A stretch of DNA of 51,334 nucleotides, from the NCBI GenBank assembly GCA_046289795.1, contig JBKBUP010000001.1, positions 1-51,334 on the forward strand. The letters are read 5' to 3'. Each line of letters starts with the position of its first letter. The first letter of the stretch is position 1. The notes below the pieces were generated by a model. It did no database searches. It was not told the DNA's origin and was given only the letters and a program-made list of their open reading frames with translations. The position numbers and the translations under genes were made by a program. Source of the stretch: Dietzia sp. Lineage in GTDB: Bacteria; Actinomycetota; Actinomycetes; Mycobacteriales; Mycobacteriaceae. This document shows, in pieces, positions 26,757 to 34,506 of this stretch.

Positions 26757-28025
26757 CTAGCCCGGCGACTCGGGCAGACGGGGCAGGTCGGCGCGGGGTG
26801 GGAGTTCGGGGGAGGGCCCGGCGAGCGAACCCGCCTCCGTCACCCGCCCGGTGTCCGGCCAGCTCAGGCATCCGGGGATCCCCCGGAGGGCGGCCATCCG
26901 GGCCAGTGAGCGGTCCAGACTCGTCCTGCTCAGCGTGCCGTCGGCCAGGGCGCGTTCGACCGAGTCGAGCGCCTCGGGGATCCCGGCGGTGGTGATCCAG
27001 AGCGGGGAGTCGGCACCGGCGATGAGCGACTCGGTGACCGCCCGGGGCAGCGGGAAGTCGTTCGTCACGGCTCGCATCCCGGACAGGTCGTCGGTGAAGA
27101 TCGCACCGTCGAAGGGCGGGGCGCCGTACCCGTGACCCTCGCGGAGCAGGCGGTACGCGGCCGGGGAGAGGGAGGCCGGCCGGTCGACTCCGGTCAGCCC
27201 CGGGACCTGGGGGTGTCCCAACATCATCGCGGCGCCGGGGGTCTCGGCGAGTTCGGAGAAGGGCCGGAGATCGTGTGGGAGGAGTTGGTCGAGCGGCGGC
27301 ACGGTCACCGATTCGTGATGGCTGTCCCCCGACGAGCGGCCGTGGCCGGGGAAGTGCTTGAACACCGGGGTCACCCCGGCGTCGAGGAGACCGGCGGAGA
27401 AAGCGCGCGCGTAGCTGACCACTCGGGCCGGATCGGGTGAGAACGACCGGTCGCCGATCACGGCCCCGTCCGGCTGGTCGGACACGTCGACGGAGGGGGC
27501 GAAGTCCACGGTCACTCCCATCCCGCGGAGGAATTCACCGCGGGTGCGCGCCGCCGACCGGACCTCCTCGGGGCTCATCGTGGCGGCCATGACGCGGGCC
27601 GACGGCATCGGCCCGGCGTAGGGGGCGATGCGGGACACACGTCCGCCCTCCTCGTCGATCGACACCAGCAGCGGCAGCGCCGAGTCCTCCTGGAGTCGTG
27701 CGAGGCCGTCGCCGGAGACCACCTCGCCCACGACGTCGCCGCCGAGGAAGATCCCGCCGATGTTGTGCTCGTCGACCGCCCGCCGGGCGTCGGCCATCGA
27801 GCTCACGCCCACGGTGAACAGCTGCGCGATCCGCTCGCGCTGGCTCAACGAATCGAGAGGCGACTCGCAGGCCGGGGCGGCGGGTCGAGCCTGCGCGGTC
27901 TGTCCGACGGGTGCGCGGTCCTCGTAGGGTCCGGGGACGACGGAGCCGTCCGCGCCGCATCCGGTCAGCGCCAGTCCGGCGACCAGGACGGTGACCGTCA
28001 GTCGAAGCCGGCGGGTGAAGGACAC
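26757..28025 (-). CDS. lpqI: GH3 beta-N-acetylglucosaminidase lipoprotein (LpqI-like)
   Basis: Lipobox LTGC, DEEGGRV, GDRSF, KHFPGHGRSSGDSH, TDDLSGM. Confidence 0.88.
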   Translation of the reverse strand: MSFTRRLRLTVTVLVAGLALTGCGADGSVVPGPYEDRAPVGQTAQARPAAPACESPLDSLSQRERIAQLFTVGVSSMADARRAVDEHNIGGIFLGGDVVGEVVSGDGLARLQEDSALPLLVSIDEEGGRVSRIAPYAGPMPSARVMAATMSPEEVRSAARTRGEFLRGMGVTVDFAPSVDVSDQPDGAVIGDRSFSPDPARVVSYARAFSAGLLDAGVTPVFKHFPGHGRSSGDSHHESVTVPPLDQLLPHDLRPFSELAETPGAAMMLGHPQVPGLTGVDRPASLSPAAYRLLREGHGYGAPPFDGAIFTDDLSGMRAVTNDFPLPRAVTESLIAGADSPLWITTAGIPEALDSVERALADGTLSRTSLDRSLARMAALRGIPGCLSWPDTGRVTEAGSLAGPSPELPPRADLPRLPESPG

Positions 28026-28113
28026 GCCTCAAATGTAGCCGCTGGGCCGCCCCGGGCCGTGGGCCGCGGGTCCGGTTCACCCACCGGCCAACTACGGGTG
28101 CGACAGTGTGCCG

Positions 28114-29396
28114 ATGACCACGTCACTCGCCCGTCGTCTCGGCCTCGCCGATGCCGTGGTGGTGGGCCTCGGCGCGATGATCGGCGCCGGGGTGTTCGTG
28201 GCGTTCGCCCCGGCGGCGGCCCGTGCGGGGTCGCTGGTGTGGGCGGCGCTCGCCGTCGCGGCGGTGGTGGCGGTGTGCAACGCCTTGTCGTCAGCCAGAT
28301 TGGCCGCGCGGTTCCCCTCCGCCGGCGGCACCTATGTCTACGGCCGCGAGTTGCTCGGACCGCTGCCGGGCTTCCTCGCCGGCTGGGAACCGTGGTGGGC
28401 AAGACCGCCTCCTGCGCTGCGATGGCACTCACCGCCGGTCTGTACGTGTGGCCCGAGCACGCCAACGTCGTCGCGGCCGCCGCGGTGCTCGCACTGACGC
28501 TGCTGTCGGTGCTCGGCGTCCAGCGCACGGCCACCGCGTCGAAGGTGCTCGTCGCGATCGTGCTGGCGGTGCTGGCGGTGTTCGTCGTCGCCGCGTGGAC
28601 CGCCGCGCCGGTCCCGGCCGGTGCGCTGCAGCCGGTCCCGTCGGTGGACGACGAGGCGTGGCCGTCGCGGATCCTCGGGGTCCTCGGCGGGGCCGGGTTC
28701 TGCTTCTTCGCCTTCGCCGGCTACGCCCGTATCGCCACGCTCGGTGAGGAGGTGCGCGAGCCCGCCCGGACCATTCCGAGAGCGGTGGTGACGGCGATCT
28801 CCGTGGTGATCGTCGTGTACGCGGTGGTCCTGGCCTCCACGGTCCACGTCCTCGGCGTGGCGGGCGTGGCGGCGGGCCCGGCCCCGGTCCTCGACGCGGC
28901 CGAGCGGATCGGCGGCGGCGAGCTCGCGCCGATCGTGCGGGTGGCCGCCGGGATCGCGGCGCTGGGCGCACTGTTGGGCGGGATCCTCGGGGTCTCCCGA
29001 ACGACGATGGCCATGGCCCGCGACCGCCATCTACCCCCGCGGTTGGCTTCGGTCCACCCGACCACGCGTACGCCGTATGTGGCCGAGATCTGCGTGGGTG
29101 TGCTCGTGGCCGGCATCGTCCTGGTGGCGGACGTGCGCCAGGCCATCGGGTTCTCGTCGTTCGCGGTCCTGGTCTACTACCTCGTCGCCAACGCGGCGGC
29201 GCTGCGGCTCGCCCGGGAGCACCGCCGACTGCCCGCGTGGGTGCCGGTGCTGGGTGCGATCGGGTGCGTCGTGGTGGCCGGGAGTCTGCCGTGGGAGTCA
29301 GTGACGGCCGGGCTCGTCGTCTTTGCCGTCGGTGGGGTGGTCTACGCGGTCACCCGCGGTCGCGCGCTCCCGCCGGGCGTACCGTCTCAGTCATGA
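28114..29396 (+). pseudogene. APC family amino-acid permease with a 1-nt frameshift near 28385-28387 (pseudogene or sequencing error)
   Basis: The N-terminal part (GAMIGAGVF...AGGTYVYG...GFLAGW) and the C-terminal part (VVGKTASCAA...FFAFAGYARIATLGEE...MARD) are in different frames; adding one G in TGGGAACC joins them. Confidence 0.85.
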
Positions 29397-30508
29397 TCGA
29401 GCGCCTGCCCCGGGTCCGCGACTCACGTGACCGCTTGCTGCCTGCCGACCTGCGCAGGCCTGTCATCGGCGCGCCGATGGCCGGCGGCCCCACGACCCCG
29501 GAGTTGATCGCCGCGGTCGGCGAGGCGGGCGGCCTGGGGATGATCGGATCGGGCTATCTCGACGCCGCCGCCACCCGCGAGGAGATCGACCGGGTCCGGG
29601 CGCGAACCTCAGCCCCGTTCGGCGTCAACGTCTTCCTGGTCGACAGGGCCGATTCCGGCGCCGCGCTGGCCGGGGCCGGCGGACCGGAGGCCGTCGACCA
29701 CTACGCGGCCGCGATCGCCCCGGTCGCGGAGAGGCTGGGGATCGCCCGCGCCGGGAGACCGGAGTTCACCGACTTCGACCAGGCCGCCACCCTCGCCGCG
29801 TTGGTCGCCGATCCGGTGGCCGTGGTCTCGTTCACCTTCGGTATCCCGGGCCGGGACGTGGTGCAGGCGTTGCAGGAGGTGGGCACAGCGGTCGTGGTCA
29901 CCGTCGCAGGCGTCCGGGACGCCCGGCGCGCGGTCGGGGCGGGCGCCGACTGGCTCTCGGTCCAGTCCGCCGAGGCGGGCGGACACCGGTCGACCACGAC
30001 CGTGGGCGAGCATCCCGACTCCGTCACCACCGTGGACCTCGTGCGGGCCGTCCGCGGGGCACTTCCGGACGTGCCGTTCGTCGCGGCGGGCGGGATCAGT
30101 ACCCCGGAGGACGTCGCAGCGGTGGTCGGGGCGGGCGCGGACGGCGTCCAACTCGGTACCGTCCTGCTGCGCACCCCGGAGGCGGGGACGAGTGCGCTGT
30201 ACCGGGCGGCCCTGGCCGATCCACGGTTCACCGAGTCGCGGCCGACCCGCTGCTACACCGGACGATTCGCACGCTCGCTGGTCAACGGGTTCGTGGCGGA
30301 GTTCGACGCGCTCGCGCCGCCGGCCTACCCGCACCTGCACGTCCTCACCGGGCCCGTGCGCAAGGCCGCCGCAGAGTCGGGGGACATCGAGGTCCCACCG
30401 CTGTGGGCCGGCTCGGGTTGGCGCGCGGCAGACGCCTATGCCGATCGACCGGCCGCGGAGGTCGTCGCCGAACTCTGGGACCGCGCCACGAATCCGCTAC
30501 CGAGCTGA
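29393..30508 (+). CDS. nitronate monooxygenase (2-nitropropane dioxygenase) family
   Basis: APMAGG, FGVNVF, VSFTFG, EAGGHR, AAGGI, VQLGT, LWAG; ATGA overlap with the permease. Confidence 0.9.
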   Translation: MIERLPRVRDSRDRLLPADLRRPVIGAPMAGGPTTPELIAAVGEAGGLGMIGSGYLDAAATREEIDRVRARTSAPFGVNVFLVDRADSGAALAGAGGPEAVDHYAAAIAPVAERLGIARAGRPEFTDFDQAATLAALVADPVAVVSFTFGIPGRDVVQALQEVGTAVVVTVAGVRDARRAVGAGADWLSVQSAEAGGHRSTTTVGEHPDSVTTVDLVRAVRGALPDVPFVAAGGISTPEDVAAVVGAGADGVQLGTVLLRTPEAGTSALYRAALADPRFTESRPTRCYTGRFARSLVNGFVAEFDALAPPAYPHLHVLTGPVRKAAAESGDIEVPPLWAGSGWRAADAYADRPAAEVVAELWDRATNPLPS

Positions 30509-30577
30509 ACGGGCCGCTACCCGGATCCGGAAGTTGTCAACCTGTTTTGAGACAGGTGTTGATTCCGGTGGGTTCGC

Positions 30578-30629
30578 GGGCTGGGCTGGGCTTGGTTGGG
30601 CTTGGTTGGGTTGGGTTGTGAGGGGCGGG
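30578..30629 (+). repeat. G-rich 5-nt periodic low-complexity tract (potential G-quadruplex)
   Basis: GGGCTGGGCTGGGCTTGGTTGGGCTTGGTTGGGTTGGGTTGTGAGGGGCGGG. Confidence 0.7.
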
Positions 30630-30630
30630 C

Positions 30631-31095
30631 TCATGCGGCGCGGCGTTCGGCCTCCGCCGCGATGTCCGCCAGGTCCTGTTCCATGGTCTTGCGGGTCGAC
30701 CTCTCGGCGAGACCGCCCATCACGGCCATCGCGACCCGGGAGATCGCCGGGGCGTGTGCGGTGTGGGCACCGAACCGCATCCGGAGGGTCGATCCGGAGC
30801 CGTCGGGGTCCGGGGTCACGGTGAACACCGTCTTGTACTCGGTCCCGCCGTTCTCGGCGACGATCGCGGTGGAGTGCGGCGGCTCAGCGGCGACCACCAT
30901 CATCTCCTCCGTGGCCTTCATCCCGAACATCTTGCGCGTCTCCCGCCAGCGCAGTCCCGGCTGGTAGGGGCCGGGGGTGAGGATCTCGACCGCCAGGACC
31001 CCGCTGAGGGTGCGGTGCGCGGAGGGGATGTCGGTCAGCACGGCCCAGACCGCGTCGGGGTCGGCGGCGACGTGACGGGAGAGGTCGAGTTGCAT
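30631..31095 (-). CDS. SRPBCC/polyketide-cyclase-like protein
   Basis: VAADPDAVWAVLTD, RWRETRKMFG, C-terminal helix MEQDLADIAAEAE. Confidence 0.88.
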   Translation of the reverse strand: MQLDLSRHVAADPDAVWAVLTDIPSAHRTLSGVLAVEILTPGPYQPGLRWRETRKMFGMKATEEMMVVAAEPPHSTAIVAENGGTEYKTVFTVTPDPDGSGSTLRMRFGAHTAHAPAISRVAMAVMGGLAERSTRKTMEQDLADIAAEAERRAA

Positions 31096-31111
31096 GGCAC
31101 GAGCCTAACGA

Positions 31112-31189
31112 AAGGCGCGGTGCCGAAATGCGTGGTGCCGAATGCGCGCCGGCGAAATGCGCGGTGCCGAATGCGCGCCGGCGAAATGC
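31112..31189. repeat. intergenic 29-bp tandem repeat built from 14-15-nt subunits
   Basis: CGAAATGCGYGGTGCCGAATGCGCGCCGG at 31124-31152 and 31153-31181, with partial copies on both sides. Confidence 0.85.
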
Positions 31190-31192
31190 ACT

Positions 31193-31227
31193 GCGCCGGC
31201 ACCCGTCGCGAGGACGGATGCCGGCGC
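31193..31227 (-). terminator. strong hairpin downstream of the 49-aa small ORF
   Basis: GCGCCGGCACCCGTC-GCGAG-GACGGATGCCGGCGC; a 15-bp stem with one G:U pair in the minus-strand transcript. Confidence 0.8.
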
Positions 31228-31271
31228 TGTGGCGGCTGCTGCGGGCCGGGGCCCGCGCTCAGCGGCTCAGA

Positions 31272-31421
31272 TCAGGAGCCGAGGCCCTGGACGAGCCCGG
31301 CGAAGTAGTTGATCAGGTCCGACGGGACGCTGGTGAACAGGTCCACGGCAGCGGAGCCGGTGGCCGGGGTGGCCTGGGCCGAGCCGGAGGCGATGTTGGC
31401 GATGATGGTGGAGAGGTCCAT
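31272..31421 (-). CDS. 49-aa small protein absent from the ORF track; PorH-like cell-wall peptide candidate
   Basis: MDLSTIIANIASGSAQATPATGSAAVDLFTSVPSDLINYFAGLVQGLGS. AAGGGA RBS 7 nt upstream, nearly all third codon positions G/C, and its own terminator. Confidence refers to it being a gene; the PorH function is less certain. Confidence 0.8.
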   Translation of the reverse strand: MDLSTIIANIASGSAQATPATGSAAVDLFTSVPSDLINYFAGLVQGLGS

Positions 31422-31494
31422 GATGGATTCCCTTCGTCGATGCGGCGACGTCTGTTACGCCGCGCGATAAGCATTGAGCCCGTTTGGGACTCGG

Positions 31495-31549
31495 TGAGTT
31501 CATCCCGAACTCATGACCGAACGTTACGTAGCCGTGACCATCACGTCAC
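31495..31549. promoter_or_regulatory. palindrome plus triple GTnAC direct repeat (MtrA/GlnR-type box)
   Basis: TGAGTTC-ATCCC-GAACTCA (31495-31513) and GTTAC-N6-GTGAC-N6-GTCAC (31523-31549). Confidence 0.55.
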
Positions 31550-31692
31550 CCGGCAGCAGCCTCGAACGGGCTTTTCGGGCGAAGGCTCCTCTTACCCGCC
31601 CAGCGCATGGGCGCTACCAGCATTTATCTGTTATCCACGACACAATCGGCCCTCGATCGCGCGGATCGCACGCCTCGGGTCACAATGGACGG

Positions 31693-32919
31693 ATGACCCC
31701 GAGTACGCAGATCGCCGTCGATTCCGTCCCCCTGCCCGCAGGCTTTCGCGCCCACGCGGGGGCCGCGGGGCTGCGCGAGCGCGGGGCCGACGTCTTCGTC
31801 GTCGTCGCCGACGGTCCCTCCGTGACCTCCTCGGCGGTGTTCACCCGATCCCTCTTCGCCGGGCCCTCGGTCGTGCTCAGCCGGGAGAACGCGGCGAGCG
31901 GCCGCGCGCGAGGCGTGGTGGTGGTGGCCAAGAACGCCAACGTCGCCACCGGGGAGCAGGGGATGGCCGACGCGCGCGAGGTCCTGGAGCGGGCGGCCGG
32001 TGCCGTGGGCGTCGCGCCCGAGGAGTTGCTCATCGCCTCCACCGGCGTGATCGGCCGGCGCTACCCGATGCCGATACTGCGGGCCCACCTGGACGGGTTG
32101 GCCGGCGCGGAATTCGACGCCGACGCGCTGGCGCTGGCGTCGGCCATGATGACCACCGACACCCATCCCAAGACCGCGTCGGTGGAGATGACGACGACGA
32201 GCGGTGCGACCGCCCGGGTGGTGGGCATCGCCAAGGGGGTCGGGATGGTCGAACCGGACATGGCCACGATGATCGCCGTGGTCTTCACCGACGCCGCCGT
32301 GGAACCCGGTGTGCTGGACACCGCGTTCAGGGGCGCGGTGGACGACACGTTCAACTGCCTGTCCGTCGACACCGACACCTCGACCTCCGACACCGCGATC
32401 GCGCTGGCCAGCGGCGTGGCCGGGTCGGTGGACGAGGGGGAGCTGCGGCGGGCCCTCGAAGCGGTGTGCCTGGACCTGACCCACCAGCTGGCCCGCGACG
32501 GAGAGGGAGCCACCAAGCTGCTCACCGTCGAGGTCACCGGGGCCCGGGACCGCGATCAGGCCAAGCGCGTGGCCAAGTCGATCCTCAACTCCCCGCTGGT
32601 CAAGACCGCCGTCCACGGGGCGGACCCCAACTGGGGCCGGGTGGCCATGGCGATCGGCAAGTGCCACGACGACACCGACATCGACCCGGAGCGCGTCCGC
32701 ATCGTCTTCGGCGATCTGGAGACCTACCCGGCGTTCCCCGGTCCCGCAGAGCTGGAACGGCTCACCGAGATCATGCGGGCCGAGGAGGTCACGATCTCGG
32801 TCGACCTGGGCGTGGTCGGTGCGGACACGGACGCCGGCGTCGCCGACGGGTCCTGCACGGTCTACGGCTGCGACCTCTCGCGCGAGTACATCTCGATCAA
32901 CGCTGATTACACGACGTGA
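31693..32919 (+). CDS. argJ: ornithine acetyltransferase ArgJ family, Oat2-like
   Basis: NANVATG, STGVIG, MTTDT, KGVGMVEPDMAT (autocleavage Thr), DTSTSDT, DGEGATK, DPNWGR, C-terminal NADYTT. Start at ATG 31693. Confidence 0.92.
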   Translation: MTPSTQIAVDSVPLPAGFRAHAGAAGLRERGADVFVVVADGPSVTSSAVFTRSLFAGPSVVLSRENAASGRARGVVVVAKNANVATGEQGMADAREVLERAAGAVGVAPEELLIASTGVIGRRYPMPILRAHLDGLAGAEFDADALALASAMMTTDTHPKTASVEMTTTSGATARVVGIAKGVGMVEPDMATMIAVVFTDAAVEPGVLDTAFRGAVDDTFNCLSVDTDTSTSDTAIALASGVAGSVDEGELRRALEAVCLDLTHQLARDGEGATKLLTVEVTGARDRDQAKRVAKSILNSPLVKTAVHGADPNWGRVAMAIGKCHDDTDIDPERVRIVFGDLETYPAFPGPAELERLTEIMRAEEVTISVDLGVVGADTDAGVADGSCTVYGCDLSREYISINADYTT

Positions 32920-33416
32920 GCCGACCACCCGACGTGGACCCACCACACGGCGTGACCTCCCGGGCAGACGATCTGGAGGCCATCCGGGCCGTGTTCGCCC
33001 GTCGCCTGTACGTGATGGACACCAAGCAGTGGGACGCCTACGGGTCGTGTCACACCACAGACGTGGTCAGCGAGTCCTGGGCGGCCAGCGGCGGCGCGGC
33101 CGAGGTGCGGGGTCGCGACCAACTCACCGCCGCGATCCGCGCGACCCTCGACGGCCGCGTCCCGGTGACGAGCGTCCACCACGGGCACACCCCGCTGCTG
33201 GAGTTCACGGGCCCGCACCCGGAGACCGGGGAGCCCACCGCCACCGGGATCTGGGCGATGGAGGACCGGCTGTGGTGGTCTGACGACGGGCGCCGGCGGT
33301 GGCTGCACGGCTGGGGTCACTACCACGAGCGATACCGCAGGGTGGACGGTCGGTGGCTGATCGCCTACCGGCGGCTCGAACGGATCAGGGTCGACACCGG
33401 CTACTCCGACGCCTGA
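32916..33416 (+). CDS. NTF2/SnoaL-like (BaiE/LinA-type) protein
   Basis: MDTKQWD, SVHHGHTP, ATGIWAMED, GWGHYHERYRRVDGRWLI; GTGA overlap with argJ. Confidence 0.88.
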   Translation: MSRPPDVDPPHGVTSRADDLEAIRAVFARRLYVMDTKQWDAYGSCHTTDVVSESWAASGGAAEVRGRDQLTAAIRATLDGRVPVTSVHHGHTPLLEFTGPHPETGEPTATGIWAMEDRLWWSDDGRRRWLHGWGHYHERYRRVDGRWLIAYRRLERIRVDTGYSDA

Positions 33417-33430
33417 CCCCGGGCCGTCCG

Positions 33431-34471
33431 TCAACCGGCGGGACCGGGGTCCCGGCGCGCCATCGCGAGCATGGTGTCGCGGGTGTCGTGCCATACCCGG
33501 CCGGTGATGTCGCCCCACGGGTCGTGGCCACCGGGGACCAGCGAGACGCGGGCGGGATCGCCCACCTGGCGGGCGGCCCGAACGTAGGCCTCGGACTGCT
33601 CGGGCAGCACCACCTCGTCGTCGCGACCGTGGACGCACACCACGGGCACCCCGGTGGGGAGGTGCGCCACGGGCGAGGCGTCCCGGTAGCGCTGACGGCG
33701 GGTGTCGGAGCGGCCGCCCAGGAGTCCGGCGACGTACTTGTCCCCGGACTCCTCGGCCCGGAGCAGGTCGGCGACCCCGGCCAGGGACACACAGCCCGAG
33801 ACCGGGACGACGGGACGGGACCCGGGCAGGGAGGACGGCAGGCGCGCCCGCCCGGCCACCCACAGCGCCAGGTGCCCGCCGGCCGAGTGCCCGGAGACCA
33901 ACACCCGGCGCAGGTCGAGACGGTCGCCCACCTGCGCGGAGACCTCCACCAGGTGGTCCACGGCCCCGCACACGTCCGCGACCGTGGTGGGCCAGCCGCC
34001 CCCGGAGCCGACGCGGCGGTACTCGATGTTCCACACCGCCACGTCGAAGGAGGCCAGGTCGCGGGCGTGGTTCTCCATATAGGCCAGGCCGAGCGAGTCC
34101 TTCCACCCGCCACCGTGGATCAACACCACCACCGGCAGTGCCGGATTGGCCGACTCGGGCAGGTAGAGGTCACCGAAGGTCTGCCCGTCGGTGTCGCCGG
34201 GTTCGCCGTAGAAGAACCGGCGTGGTTCCCCGACCGGGACCGCGCCTTCGGGTGCGACGTAGGGACGGGTAGCAACCGATTCGGCACTCGGGCCGGACGT
34301 CACCTCGTCGTCGTCGTTCGCCCCGAGGGCCGAGGTCAACGCCCAGCCCGCCGCGCCGCCCGCTCCCACCGACAGGCCGATCAGCAGTGATCGGCGGGAC
34401 AGCTCGGTACCGCTGCTGCCGCGCGCGCGTCGGTCGGGCAGGCGGCGACTGGACGTGCGGCGACCGGGCAT
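33431..34471 (-). CDS. exported alpha/beta hydrolase (esterase/lipase), probable Tat signal
   Basis: SRRSLL followed by a hydrophobic stretch; IHGGGW, EYRRVG, GHSAGG, HGRDD, GGH. Confidence 0.85.
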   Translation of the reverse strand: MPGRRTSSRRLPDRRARGSSGTELSRRSLLIGLSVGAGGAAGWALTSALGANDDDEVTSGPSAESVATRPYVAPEGAVPVGEPRRFFYGEPGDTDGQTFGDLYLPESANPALPVVVLIHGGGWKDSLGLAYMENHARDLASFDVAVWNIEYRRVGSGGGWPTTVADVCGAVDHLVEVSAQVGDRLDLRRVLVSGHSAGGHLALWVAGRARLPSSLPGSRPVVPVSGCVSLAGVADLLRAEESGDKYVAGLLGGRSDTRRQRYRDASPVAHLPTGVPVVCVHGRDDEVVLPEQSEAYVRAARQVGDPARVSLVPGGHDPWGDITGRVWHDTRDTMLAMARRDPGPAG

Positions 34472-34506
34472 GCGGCGGCGGGACCTCCTCTGGGACGCCT
34501 CCGGCC

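Noticed and set aside
31112-31200. Tandem repeat considered as a CRISPR or guide-RNA array
   Set aside because: There are no unique spacers, only about 2.5 copies, and no cas-like gene nearby.
31267-31503. 78-aa minus-strand ORF from the track with His-rich text
   Set aside because: It is an off-frame reading of the 49-aa gene at 31272-31421, which has the RBS and the codon bias.
31631-31639. DnaA-box-like TTATCCACG
   Set aside because: A single mismatched copy, with no box cluster or dnaA/dnaN context.
31693-34471. Possible clavam/beta-lactam biosynthetic cluster suggested by the Oat2-like gene
   Set aside because: No carboxyethylarginine synthase, beta-lactam synthetase, amidinohydrolase or clavaminate synthase gene is present in the window.
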